A stretch of 64,000 bases of DNA, taken from the NCBI GenBank assembly GCA_965261475.1, contig OZ253454.1, positions 1,516,086-1,580,085 of the forward strand, given 5' to 3'. The first letter of the stretch is position 1. Each line of letters opens with the position of its first letter. Position numbers and translations under genes: made by a program. The notes below the pieces were generated by a model. It saw only the letters and a program-made list of their open reading frames with translations, was not told the origin of the DNA and made no database searches. Source of the DNA: a bacterium (lineage in GTDB: Bacteria; SAR324; XYD2-FULL-50-16; G965216635). This document shows positions 29,213 through 40,885 of the stretch, piece by piece.

Positions 29213-30394
29213 CTACTGTTTTTTTCGTAGCGGAGGATTCTGAAAATTTTTCATAGAATAAAGGAAGATAAAACTCAAAATTAGTAAAACAAAATAAACA
29301 TACAAAACATTGATTTCTAGGAGCAGACCACTAGAAATTGCTCCTACAAAGTGTCCAAAGAATTGTAGTAAATTATAAATGCCGCTAGCAGTGCCCTTGT
29401 TTTCTGGATTGCTCCAGCGTGTAACCAGAGAAGGAAAAATTGGCTCAAAAATGCTATATCCTACAAAAAAAGTTATTAGCCCGATTACAATAAACCAAAA
29501 ATTAAGAGTAGATGTTCCCCACAAAAAAAGAATAAACGATGTTATTAAAAATCCAATTCCTAACAAAATTCCTTTGTCAAACCTGCCTTTGCTTTCTACA
29601 TAAAAAGTGGTAGGAAACAAGAATAAAAAACTAATTCCTAGCATACTGAGATAAATTTTCCATAGATCTTCTTTAGGGAATTCTAGGTAATTAAAAAGAA
29701 AAATTTGTGTAATAAATAAAGAAGCAGAAAGTCCTGTTCCACTTAAAAAAGAACCAAAATAGATAATTCTTAATTGCTTGTTATTTAGACAATTCAAAAC
29801 AGCATCCCAAAATTTAAGATTTTTCTTTTTTTGCTTATTGTTTGGAATAAAAAATAAAATAGCTAAAAAAGATAAGATTGCCATTACAGATATTGCTTGA
29901 AAAAGTTCGCGAATACCAAACTGACTAATAAAAAAAGGAGCTATTGCAAACGCCAAACAAAAGGCAATTCCGATACTAAGCCCTAAGAAAGCACTAGCTC
30001 TAGCTCTAATCTCGTCTCTGGTATTATCTGCTAATAAAGCAAAAATAATAGATGCTACTGCTCCAATACCTTGTATAAATCTAGCAAAAATCATCCAGTA
30101 AATATTGGTAGCGTAGATTGCCAATAAGCTACCTAGTACAAAAAACAACAAGGCAATCAGTAAAAGTTTTTTCCTCCCATAAATATCAGATAAATAGCCA
30201 AATGGTAGCTGAAAAATTCCTTGTGTTAGCCCATAAATTCCAAAAGCTAAACTTATTAAAAAGAAATTATTCAAAGCTAGTGTTTGCGCTAGAATATTAA
30301 AAACAGGTAGCACCAAAAAAACAGAAAACATGCGAAAAAACAATACCACGCTCAACCAAAAAATTACCCATCCTTCTTGTTTGTTAAAGATCAT
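29213..30394 (-). CDS. MFS transporter
   Basis: 393 aa with about 12 TM segments and the loop 2-3 motif GYLSDIYGRKK. Confidence 0.8.
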   Translation of the reverse strand: MIFNKQEGWVIFWLSVVLFFRMFSVFLVLPVFNILAQTLALNNFFLISLAFGIYGLTQGIFQLPFGYLSDIYGRKKLLLIALLFFVLGSLLAIYATNIYWMIFARFIQGIGAVASIIFALLADNTRDEIRARASAFLGLSIGIAFCLAFAIAPFFISQFGIRELFQAISVMAILSFLAILFFIPNNKQKKKNLKFWDAVLNCLNNKQLRIIYFGSFLSGTGLSASLFITQIFLFNYLEFPKEDLWKIYLSMLGISFLFLFPTTFYVESKGRFDKGILLGIGFLITSFILFLWGTSTLNFWFIVIGLITFFVGYSIFEPIFPSLVTRWSNPENKGTASGIYNLLQFFGHFVGAISSGLLLEINVLYVYFVLLILSFIFLYSMKNFQNPPLRKKQ

Positions 30395-30563
30395 AAATTA
30401 CACTTAAAAATAATACTATTTTAGTAATAGCATTTTTACTAATATAAATCTGCTTATTATCAGTGTTGTGGTACTAGCGAGCAAAATATTTAACAAATTA
30501 TTGTTATCAAATCAAAATAGGAACTTATTGATTGGATATTTTTTACCAACTAACCCTGCGGAG

Positions 30564-31553
30564 TTATTTTTTTTTGAAGAATAAAAAAGGAATCGCCCCT
30601 GAAATAAAAACAATAATTTGATTGATAATAAATACATTGAATAAGGTTGCTCCTCCTTGAAAATTAAATAGGTTGTAAAGGTTGTCAAAAGCAATATGCC
30701 CTACGCCTACACCAGCTGGTGCAATAGGTAGAGCGGTTACTACTAACCCTAAGGGGATTAGCAGTGCTTGTTGCCAAAAACTGAGAGGCTCAGGGAATAA
30801 CAGCAAAGAAATTTTATAAATAATCAAACAAATTATTAAATGAATTGTAACAGAAAGAATTACAGAAAATATTAATTCTTTTTTTTTACATCGTAGGCAG
30901 GCAAAACTTTGCCATACTTGGGATAAAATTGCGGTTTGTAGGAAATCAGGAATCCATTTTTTGCAAGTAGTTTTCCATTTAGTAGGTAAAAATAAAAATA
31001 ATAGAAAGATGCCTACACTCATAACTCCAATTTTAATAAACAAAGAAACATTGTGTAAAAATTCCTGATTTTCTAAACCAAATTTTAAACTAGAAAATAG
31101 GAATAAAAAAAACAAGCCTAACAAACCCAATAATCTATCTACGAGCAAAGAAGTATAAATAGGTGTCCACAGGTATGTTTTTTTCTTTTGTAAATAAATT
31201 CCTTTTAGAACATCTCCACTAACTAATCCAGGCAAAACCGTATTAAAAAAATTACCAATCCAAGTTAGCACTAAGGCATAATTAAATGGAATTTTAATTT
31301 GCATACACCTCAAAACTAACCACCAACGGAGATTTTGAATTATCATGCAAAGAAAAAGAGCAGGAATCACAAACAAAATAAAGAACCATTTTTTCTCTAT
31401 GATAATTTTTGTTTGAGATAGGTCTAATTTACCAGAGTCGACTATCCAATAAAGTAACCCTAATGTTAAGGATAGTTTTAAAAAAAGAATGAAGATTTGT
31501 TTTACAGAAAAATTCTTATTTATCAGCATGAAAATATGAAAATAGCAAAGCAA
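30564..31553 (-). CDS. UPF0104 / LPG-synthase-TM (flippase-like) family membrane protein
   Basis: About 320 aa and polytopic. The GDVLKG-type motif (LVSGDVLKGIYL) is typical of the family. The start is uncertain and the 5' end overlaps the accD 3' end. Confidence 0.55.
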   Translation of the reverse strand: MLCYFHIFMLINKNFSVKQIFILFLKLSLTLGLLYWIVDSGKLDLSQTKIIIEKKWFFILFVIPALFLCMIIQNLRWWLVLRCMQIKIPFNYALVLTWIGNFFNTVLPGLVSGDVLKGIYLQKKKTYLWTPIYTSLLVDRLLGLLGLFFLFLFSSLKFGLENQEFLHNVSLFIKIGVMSVGIFLLFLFLPTKWKTTCKKWIPDFLQTAILSQVWQSFACLRCKKKELIFSVILSVTIHLIICLIIYKISLLLFPEPLSFWQQALLIPLGLVVTALPIAPAGVGVGHIAFDNLYNLFNFQGGATLFNVFIINQIIVFISGAIPFLFFKKK

Positions 31554-32364
31554 GTTCTTTTTTTAAGTTTTTTCTGTGTACAATTCTATCTACTACTCCG
31601 TGTTTTAAAAGAAATTCTGCTCTTTGGAAACCTGCGGGTAATTCTTGATTGATAGTTTGTTGAATCACCCTAGGTCCTGCAAATCCTACTAAGGATTCTG
31701 GTTCAACCAAAATAATATCACCTAGCATCGCAATGCTGGCAGATACTCCGCCCATGGTAGGGTCTGTCAGTAAAGAAATATAAGGAATATTTACTTTTTT
31801 TAAGCGAGTTAGGGCAGTAGAAGTTTTTGCCATTTGTAATAAAGACAAGGTTCCTTCTTGCATTCTAGCTCCTCCAGATGCTGATATTATGAGTAAAGGG
31901 ATTTTGTGTTGATATGCCCTAGCAATGCTACGGGCAATTTTTTCACCTGCTACAATGCCCATTGATCCTCCCATGTATTTAAAGTTAAAGATACAAACAG
32001 AAAGTTTTTTGCCTGCTATTTTTCCTATTCCACAAACAATAGATTCTGTGCTTTGAGCTTTTTGAGACTCATTTTTTAAGCGCTCTTTATATTTTCTAAC
32101 ATCAGAAAATTTTAGTGGATCATTGCTTATCAAGTCTTCATCCATTGCTTCAAAAGAATTTTTATCTAACAAATGCTCTATTCTTTCTTTGGCATTTAAG
32201 CGAAAATGATAATTACACTGCATGCATACTTTGGCGTGCTTGCTTAATTCTTTTTCAAAAAGATGTTCTTTGCATACAGGGCAACATAGCCAAACTCCCG
32301 CTGGAATATTGGATATTTGTTTTTTGCCTAAAATACTAGGTGCTATTTTTTCAAACCAAGACAT
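31516..32364 (-). CDS. accD: acetyl-CoA carboxylase carboxyltransferase beta subunit
   Basis: It has an N-terminal zinc ribbon (CPVCKE...CMQCNYH), GGSMG and SGGARMQEG. Confidence 0.93.
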   Translation of the reverse strand: MSWFEKIAPSILGKKQISNIPAGVWLCCPVCKEHLFEKELSKHAKVCMQCNYHFRLNAKERIEHLLDKNSFEAMDEDLISNDPLKFSDVRKYKERLKNESQKAQSTESIVCGIGKIAGKKLSVCIFNFKYMGGSMGIVAGEKIARSIARAYQHKIPLLIISASGGARMQEGTLSLLQMAKTSTALTRLKKVNIPYISLLTDPTMGGVSASIAMLGDIILVEPESLVGFAGPRVIQQTINQELPAGFQRAEFLLKHGVVDRIVHRKNLKKELALLFSYFHADK

Positions 32365-32372
32365 AATAATTG

Positions 32373-32693
32373 TTAATAGAGATTAATACGAGATAGTTTT
32401 CCTTCTTTTAATAGCAAAATGTATTCATTTTCTAGCCTCATTACTTTAAAAGTTTGAATTTTTTCACCCTTGCTTACCAAATATTGTTTTTTGTTAAATA
32501 TGACAACACCAAAATACCCATCTTCTGCTTGTAATTTACCTAAATAAAAAAAATTTACAAGAGGGTTGTGTGTGGTGATTATTTTTTGTTCTTCATTCTT
32601 TTTTATTTTTTGGGGCTTTGCTTTAGAAGCAAAAGGGTTAGCATGCAAATAGTTAAAAAATACAAATGTCATAATTACGACTAGAGTTTTCAC
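32373..32693 (-). CDS. small secreted protein, PilP/GspC-HR-like (tentative)
   Basis: It has a signal peptide and a short beta domain with the pattern LxGxxxxxxxxxAVIxxxxxxYxVxxGxxI. A GTGA overlap couples it to the upstream ORF. Confidence 0.4.
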   Translation of the reverse strand: MKTLVVIMTFVFFNYLHANPFASKAKPQKIKKNEEQKIITTHNPLVNFFYLGKLQAEDGYFGVVIFNKKQYLVSKGEKIQTFKVMRLENEYILLLKEGKLSRINLY

Positions 32694-33214
32694 AATTTGC
32701 TAGTTATAAATGAAAAATAAATATCTACATCTAACAGCGGCTCTTTTGATTGCTCTTGAGAATTGTTAACTTGGATTTTTGAAAGCCACAAATTTTTCTC
32801 TTGTATTTTTAATAAGATATTTTTTAAATCTTTGTAAGTGGATTTAAACTGAATTTTTTTTTCCCAAAGAACAAAATCTTGGTGTTGTTTAAAACTTGTT
32901 TCTTGCTTTAAAAGTTGTAGCTCAAAATTTGCTAAAGAGTTTTGGATTTTAGCATCTATTTCATTCGGCGTGCTTTGCACAAATCGTACTTTATTTTCTT
33001 GCTCTAGCACGACAGTTTCATACCTGTTTTGAATTAACTTAACAAGAAGCTCGCGTGCTACGGTCTCTTGCATTTTACTAATGTTTGTTTCAAAGTACTT
33101 TCTTTTTGCTTTTTGATAAAAGACAATATAAAGCCAAAGTATAGCTTGAATAATACAAAGGCATAGAATAAGCTTTTTCCAAAAAGGTAGAGCATAAAAA
33201 AATTTTAGAATCAT
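32690..33214 (-). CDS. bitopic membrane protein, PilO/GspM-like (tentative)
   Basis: The only evidence is architecture: an N-terminal TM helix, a coiled-coil segment and a C-terminal alpha/beta domain. Confidence 0.35.
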   Translation of the reverse strand: MILKFFYALPFWKKLILCLCIIQAILWLYIVFYQKAKRKYFETNISKMQETVARELLVKLIQNRYETVVLEQENKVRFVQSTPNEIDAKIQNSLANFELQLLKQETSFKQHQDFVLWEKKIQFKSTYKDLKNILLKIQEKNLWLSKIQVNNSQEQSKEPLLDVDIYFSFITSKL

Positions 33215-33768
33215 TAATAAATACTAAAAATAATAATTACACAATCTCTATATTTCATAACAAATAAAAGTTAGGTTCAGCTACAAAAATGAGCTACTAG
33301 AAATCTTTGTCAAAAGATAATTTAGATAGCAAACAGATAAGTTAGCGCAGCTAGCGCAGAGTATTCCATTTTCTAGTAATGCGATCAAACTTTAGAGAAA
33401 GTTACGCCAAGATTCTGCCATAGAAACCAAAAAAGATAAAGTAAAAACCAAAATTTTCTATTTTATGTTGTGTATCATAGTAGTAAACTATCAGAATTTA
33501 TGAGTTTGTTGTTTGCTTAATGTAGCATAAACCAAGTTACAATTTTTGATTTCAAGAAAAAGGTTATTTATTTTGAGCTATACTCAATATAAGAAGTATG
33601 TTTAGTGGTTTAAAATCAAAGTTAAAACAATGATGACAAGCACAGAAGTATAGACAATACTAATAATGGTACACTAAATAGACAATGAAAGCTAGAGCTC
33701 TATTTTAGATCTACTAGCAAATATGATTGTCTTCATATAAACTTAACACTGATAAATCATCGCAAACC

Positions 33769-35480
<1,712 letters not shown>

Positions 35481-35484
<4 letters not shown>

Positions 35485-36122
35485 GAAAAATCGATGCAAT
35501 TATAAGAGTAATGCAAGACAATAATGGGCTTGCAAATTGGACTATTATTTATAACGAAATAGAAAAATATTACGCAGATATAAAGCAATCTGAAGAGTGG
35601 AAAGCAGGAATTAGAGGGGTTTTATATAGAGAAATAAAAAATAATCAAAATTTTAAGAAAATAAGTGAAGGGTTATTTTCGTTAATAGAATATGATGAAA
35701 ATTTATTAATTTTAGACGAAGATATTGAAGACACAGAAACATCAACTGTTTTAAAAATTAGAAAGGGACAAAATAAATTTAGAAATAGATTGTTAAAAAA
35801 TTTAGGCAGTCAATGTCCTATAACCAAAATAAATGATGAAAGATTGCTGATTGCATCTCATATTAAACCTTGGGCTTTTAGTAATAATTTTGAAAGATTA
35901 GACACAAATAATGGTTTTATATTATCTGCAATGTTTGATAGATTATTTGATGCTGGATTGATTACGTTTTCATTTGAGAAAACACTTGTCATATCTCATT
36001 CATTATCTACCAATAACATTAAGAAAATTGGTATTGAAAACAATCAGATAATAGAAAATTTACCTATAGCTAATAGGCAAGATTACTTACATTACCATCA
36101 AAACAAGGTGTTTTTAAGGTAA
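35481..36122 (+). CDS. winged-helix (HARE-HTH/Mrr_N-like) plus HNH_2 nuclease
   Basis: The C-terminal half has RKGQNKFRNRLL...C.IT...LLIASHIKPW...NGFILSAMFDRLFDAGLITF, the HNH_2-type nuclease pattern. The N-terminal ~70 aa ends in FKKISEGLFSL, which looks like a wHTH. Confidence 0.75.
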
Positions 36123-36471
36123 TCTTTGTAGAACAAAAAATTAGAGACGACCACGATTCCACTAAAAAACGTGGACAAATAAGCAATTTTGAAAAAAAAG
36201 TTTTATAATATATTGCTAAACTATTTTAACTCAAAGAATCGAACCGTGTATAAATCTTTAGTAGAGCAACTTAATAACAGGGGAATTAGATAGAAGCGTA
36301 CACCAAAATCAAATAGCACAAGTTGTATTTTAGTGTAATTCTGATGTCACCAAGAGACTTGAGACTAAATTAACTCTGAATTTTGCTCAATATTTATCTT
36401 ATGTATTCTTGCACTATATACAATTTTTTTATACACTTAGAAAATCGGTCAAATCTATTTTAAATAAAATT

Positions 36472-37146
36472 ATGAGTATCTGGACAGAAAAAACAAACCC
36501 TATTATTGTGGCGACTGCCAATGTAGGAGATAGGTTAACTTTCATTAGAAAAGTGTATGGTTTACTAAGTTTAAGCTTATTTACTGGTATAGCGGCTGCT
36601 ATTTTTACTTTGAATAATACGGAGTTTTTGCAAGTAGTAGCAAGAAATCAATTTTTTTTCTTACTAGCAGAAATTGGAGTTATTGTGCTTTGTATGTGGA
36701 AAAGAAAACATGCTACTTTAAGCTTTGTCTTTCTTTTTGCCTTTACAACTCTAACAGGTATTAGTACTGCCCCGATTGTTTATGCTTATCAAGCAGTAGC
36801 CTTTCCTGCCGCTGTTTTAACCGCAGTAGCTTTTTGCTCTTTGACAGGTTATGTATTAGTTACTAAAAAAGATTTTTCTTTTTTGCGAGGAGCTTTGATG
36901 GTAGGAATTATCTTGTTGATTGTTGGAGGATTATTGAATATCTTTTTTTTTAAAAGTTTTAACCTGCAATATCTAATGGCTTGGGGAGGAGTATTTATAT
37001 TTTCGGGATTTATTCTTTATGATACTTCCAACATTGTTCATCGTTATCATACAGACGAATTTGTACTAGGAGCTTTATCTTTGTACTTAGACATACTAAA
37101 TTTATTTTTATCTTTGTTGGTGATTTTAGGAGGACGCAGAAGCTAA
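36472..37146 (+). CDS. BAX inhibitor-1/YccA family membrane protein
   Basis: It has FIRKVYGLLSL, 7 TM segments and a C-terminal LYLDILNLFLSLL. The start is set at the ATG at 36472. Confidence 0.85.
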   Translation: MSIWTEKTNPIIVATANVGDRLTFIRKVYGLLSLSLFTGIAAAIFTLNNTEFLQVVARNQFFFLLAEIGVIVLCMWKRKHATLSFVFLFAFTTLTGISTAPIVYAYQAVAFPAAVLTAVAFCSLTGYVLVTKKDFSFLRGALMVGIILLIVGGLLNIFFFKSFNLQYLMAWGGVFIFSGFILYDTSNIVHRYHTDEFVLGALSLYLDILNLFLSLLVILGGRRS

Positions 37147-37168
37147 AAATTCAAAGTAAGGCGATAAT

Positions 37169-38059
37169 TTATTGTTGCCTTTCTTTTGCAGACCACCTGT
37201 CTTTTTTCCAACGGGGCTCTATCCAGTTCCATTGCTTAGGATATTTTATGATATGCTTTTCGATAGTTGTGGTGTATTTTTGTGTCAACCTAGCTACTGT
37301 ATCTTGGCTAGTGTAGGGAGGCATGGAGGCTATAGAGTAGTTAAAAATATGTTTGCCTTTGCTTGTACGATGGTTGAGACACGCAACTACGGGTTTTTGG
37401 TATTTAATGGCTAATTTAGCAACAGACGCTGGGGTACGAGTTTTTTGTTTAAAAAAATTACACAAAACACTTTCGGATTTGATATCTAAATCTATCAGCA
37501 TATACATAGAGTGAGCTTGTTTTAAAGTTCGCACTATTTTCAAAGATAAAGAAGCATCAGATAGTGCAATATTTTTCCATTTTTTTGATAAACGGTATCT
37601 CTTTAGTGCTTTTTTGGTCAAAAGACTAGTTTCTTTGGAGATGATAATACCGCTTAAGTCTGTTTTATCTAACGAGATTGTAGCTAACTCCCAGTTAGCA
37701 AAATGCCCTGAAATAAAAATGGCGCCTGTATTTTTTACTTTTTGAATTGTTGCGACGTTTGTATTTTTTACCCAATCAGTAATTTTTGCTTCGTATTTTT
37801 TTTTTTTTAGTGTTTCAAAAAACGAATAGCCTAAGCTATGCGTGCTAGCTAGTGCTGTTTTTGTAATTTGCTTTTTATCCCAGATAGGGAATGCTATTTT
37901 TAATTGTTGAAGTGCAGTCTTTCTACGAGAGCGGTGTAAGTAAAAAAAAGCACTTCCTAGCAGTTTTCCTAGTTTTTGATCCCAAGTAAAAGGTATTTTT
38001 TCTAGTACTAAAAGTGCATAATAGGCTATTAGATCTTTATACTTTTTATATCTCTTCAT
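37169..38059 (-). CDS. lipid A biosynthesis (Kdo)2-lipid IVA acyltransferase family protein (LpxL/LpxM-like)
   Basis: 296 aa. It has the HX4D-region GHFANWE and a C-terminal IIKYPKQWNW typical of the HtrB/MsbB family. Confidence 0.75.
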   Translation of the reverse strand: MKRYKKYKDLIAYYALLVLEKIPFTWDQKLGKLLGSAFFYLHRSRRKTALQQLKIAFPIWDKKQITKTALASTHSLGYSFFETLKKKKYEAKITDWVKNTNVATIQKVKNTGAIFISGHFANWELATISLDKTDLSGIIISKETSLLTKKALKRYRLSKKWKNIALSDASLSLKIVRTLKQAHSMYMLIDLDIKSESVLCNFFKQKTRTPASVAKLAIKYQKPVVACLNHRTSKGKHIFNYSIASMPPYTSQDTVARLTQKYTTTIEKHIIKYPKQWNWIEPRWKKDRWSAKERQQ

Positions 38060-38221
38060 TTTTCTTCTACTACGACTATTATCCCTATATTAATATAGGA
38101 CAATCTAGTATCTTTATTATAATGACCTAGTATTTTGAGATGCTCTTGTATCCTATAGCACAGATAAGTTATTCTTTTATATAGCTTTTGTTACTCAGTA
38201 AAAAATTTGTGGGTGTTGCTC

Positions 38222-39328
38222 TTAGAATTCTTTTTTCCAGCGAGCCATAGCCCATCTCCATTGAGTAGGATATTTAATAATGTGTTGTTCTATAGCTGTA
38301 GTATATACTTGCGTGAGCTCTAATTCGCTTTGATTTTGAGTGTAGGGCGGTTGAGAAAGAAAATGAAAAGAAAATATATGTTTTTTATCTTTGGTTCTAT
38401 GATTAAAGAAAGCAACAACAGGTATTTGATATTTTTTGGCAATTCTAGCTGGAAAAGAGGCAACATTGGCTTTTTTACCAAAAAAATTGCATTCTAGAGT
38501 TTTTGCGGAAGTGGGGTCTGTATCTAGCATAGTATAAATTGTTTTTTTTGCTTTTAATGTTCTTACTATTTTAAGAGGCAAAGAAGTCTCGCCCACGCTA
38601 ATAGACTCCCAACCTATTGTTTGGCGGTATCTTTTAACTATTTTTTTTGCAAAAAAATCTTCTTCTTTTCCTAAAAAAATACCTTGTAATCCTGTCATTT
38701 CTAAGGCAAATGTAGCAAACTCCCAGTTCGCAAAATGTCCTGTAACCAAGATGGCACCTGTTTTTTGAATTTGCTGCACTACTGCTAAATTTTTGAGAAT
38801 TACATATTTTTTGATTTGAGCTCCGTAATCTGCTTTTTTGAGGGTTTCAAAAATAGTTTCTCCTATATTTTCAAACGAATCTTCGGCTGTTTGAATAATT
38901 TTTTCTTTACTCCAATTAGGAAAAACGAATTTTATTTGCTTAAGAGCGATAGTTCTTCTTTGACGATTAAAGCGGTAAGCAAATTTGCCTGTAATTTTTC
39001 CAAGTTTGGAGGTCCATTTAAATGGCAGTTTCTCTGCTTCCAAAATTGTACGATAAAGCAATTTATTTCTTTGCTCTTGAATGAATTCCTCAGTTGGCAA
39101 AACTTTTTCTAGTTTTTCTTTATTATTATTCCAAATTTTTTTTGCTGTATTTTTTTGTTTGAGATAGTCCGCATAGACTGATTTTGTTTTGCTCGCAACT
39201 TGTGTTAACTTTTCTTGTACCAATAGTTTATTATTTAAGAATAGACTGTCCCATGTTTGTTTTTGAGTATATTTTGCCCAAACTTCAGCTAATTTTTTGG
39301 TATTTTCTTTGAGCTCTCTATATTTCAT
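38222..39328 (-). CDS. second LpxL/LpxM-like acyltransferase with an N-terminal hydrophilic extension
   Basis: 368 aa and a paralogue of the preceding gene (GHFANWE, IIKYPTQWRW). It carries an extra ~75-aa Lys/Glu-rich N-terminus. Confidence 0.7.
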   Translation of the reverse strand: MKYRELKENTKKLAEVWAKYTQKQTWDSLFLNNKLLVQEKLTQVASKTKSVYADYLKQKNTAKKIWNNNKEKLEKVLPTEEFIQEQRNKLLYRTILEAEKLPFKWTSKLGKITGKFAYRFNRQRRTIALKQIKFVFPNWSKEKIIQTAEDSFENIGETIFETLKKADYGAQIKKYVILKNLAVVQQIQKTGAILVTGHFANWEFATFALEMTGLQGIFLGKEEDFFAKKIVKRYRQTIGWESISVGETSLPLKIVRTLKAKKTIYTMLDTDPTSAKTLECNFFGKKANVASFPARIAKKYQIPVVAFFNHRTKDKKHIFSFHFLSQPPYTQNQSELELTQVYTTAIEQHIIKYPTQWRWAMARWKKEF

Positions 39329-40745
39329 TTTTTAATAATTGTTGTAGATATTGGTTTACCATTTGAGGATTAGCTTTGCCTTGTGATTTTTTCATCACCT
39401 GCCCTACAAGAAACCCAAAGACTTTATCTTTGCCTTCTTGATATTTTTTTACTTCTTTGGGGTATTGGCTAGCAATATCTTGGCAAAGTTTTACTATCAA
39501 GTTAGTATCAGAAACCTGAGCAAGATTTTTATTTGCTACAATTTCTTTAGGACTATCTTTTTTTTCTATGCTTTCTACTAAGACAGTTTTTGCTATTTTA
39601 TTACTAATAGTACCTCTAGAGATTAAATCTAAAAGTTCAGCTAATTTTTTGGGGGTTAAAAAAGTTTGCTGCATTTCTTTTTTTTGTTCGTTGAGATATT
39701 TAGAGATATCGCTCATTATCCAATTAACTACCTGTTTTGTATTAGTAGTAAGCATTGCAGATTCTTCAAAAAAATTTACAAAGCCATTGTCAACAATAAA
39801 AGTCGCATCGTAATCGCTTAATCCGTAATCTTGTTTATATCTTTGAATTTTTTCGTCTGGTAACTCTGGAAGATTTTGCTCTAATTTATCTACCCATTGT
39901 TTTGCCAATTTTACCAAAGGCAAGTCAGGGCAAGGAAAATAACGATAATCGTCGGACTCCTCTTTCTTTCTCATTAAGAATGTTTTTTTTTGGACTGCGT
40001 TATATAGTCTGGTTTCTTGCAGTATTTTTTCTCCGTCTAGCAGTAAATCTGTTTGTCTATTTATTTCGTATTCAATAGCTTGTTGTATAAAGCGAAAAGA
40101 ATTTAAATTTTTTGTTTCTGTGCGTGTACCAAATTTTTTTTCTCCTTTTTGGCGTAGAGAAATATTGGCGTCACAACGTAAATTCCCTTTTTCCATATCT
40201 CCAAAGCAAATTCCTAAAGAAGTAACCAGAGAATGAATTTTTTGCATATAAATCTTTGCTTCTTCTGGACTACGCAAATCTGGTTCGGATACTATCTCTA
40301 CTAGCGGAGTTCCTGCACGACTCAGGTCCACTAAAGATGTTTGTGATTCGCCGTGTATTAGTTTTCCCGCATCTTCTTCTATATGAATGCGTGTAATGCC
40401 AATTTTTTTTGTTTTACCATCTACTTTAATATTTATAAAGCCTTGTTCGCAAATAGGTTTTTCGTATTGTGAAATTTGATAAGCCTTAGGAAGATCAGGG
40501 TAGAAATAATTTTTTCTTGCAAACTCAGAAACTAAACGAATTTGACAATTTGTTGCTAAGCCTAGCATTACAGCAAACTCTACTGCTTTAAAATTAATAG
40601 TTGGAAGTACGCCCGGCAGCCCTAAACACACAGGGCAAATATTTTGATTGGGAGACTCTGCAATAGCTACGGCACAGCTACAAAAAAGTTTACTTTTTGT
40701 AGCTAATTGTGCGTGGATTTCTAAACCAATAACTGGCTCAAACAT
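39318..40745 (-). CDS. gatB: Asp-tRNA(Asn)/Glu-tRNA(Gln) amidotransferase subunit B
   Basis: 475 aa. It has MFEPVIGLEIHAQL, the CPVCLGLPG zinc site and a GatB/YqeY C-terminal domain. Confidence 0.93.
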   Translation of the reverse strand: MFEPVIGLEIHAQLATKSKLFCSCAVAIAESPNQNICPVCLGLPGVLPTINFKAVEFAVMLGLATNCQIRLVSEFARKNYFYPDLPKAYQISQYEKPICEQGFINIKVDGKTKKIGITRIHIEEDAGKLIHGESQTSLVDLSRAGTPLVEIVSEPDLRSPEEAKIYMQKIHSLVTSLGICFGDMEKGNLRCDANISLRQKGEKKFGTRTETKNLNSFRFIQQAIEYEINRQTDLLLDGEKILQETRLYNAVQKKTFLMRKKEESDDYRYFPCPDLPLVKLAKQWVDKLEQNLPELPDEKIQRYKQDYGLSDYDATFIVDNGFVNFFEESAMLTTNTKQVVNWIMSDISKYLNEQKKEMQQTFLTPKKLAELLDLISRGTISNKIAKTVLVESIEKKDSPKEIVANKNLAQVSDTNLIVKLCQDIASQYPKEVKKYQEGKDKVFGFLVGQVMKKSQGKANPQMVNQYLQQLLKNEI

Positions 40746-40885
40746 TTTTATAAATAATATTTATTATACTGCTACTAGTTGAATGTAGACCTTTTGAGTA
40801 GGAAAAGCAAAAATTATCTTTTTTTTTACAAAAAAAACACTTAACCTGATTAGGTATAGGAGGTAGAGTTTTTATCATAAAAAAA

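Noticed and set aside
36220-36300. tRNA-like fragments (GAATCGAACC, the reverse complement of a T-loop, and TAGTAGAGCA) near the right edge of the insert, as a possible att site or tRNA remnant.
   Set aside because: I could not build a T-stem or anticodon stem around either fragment, and no matching direct repeat was found at the left edge. This is probably chance similarity.
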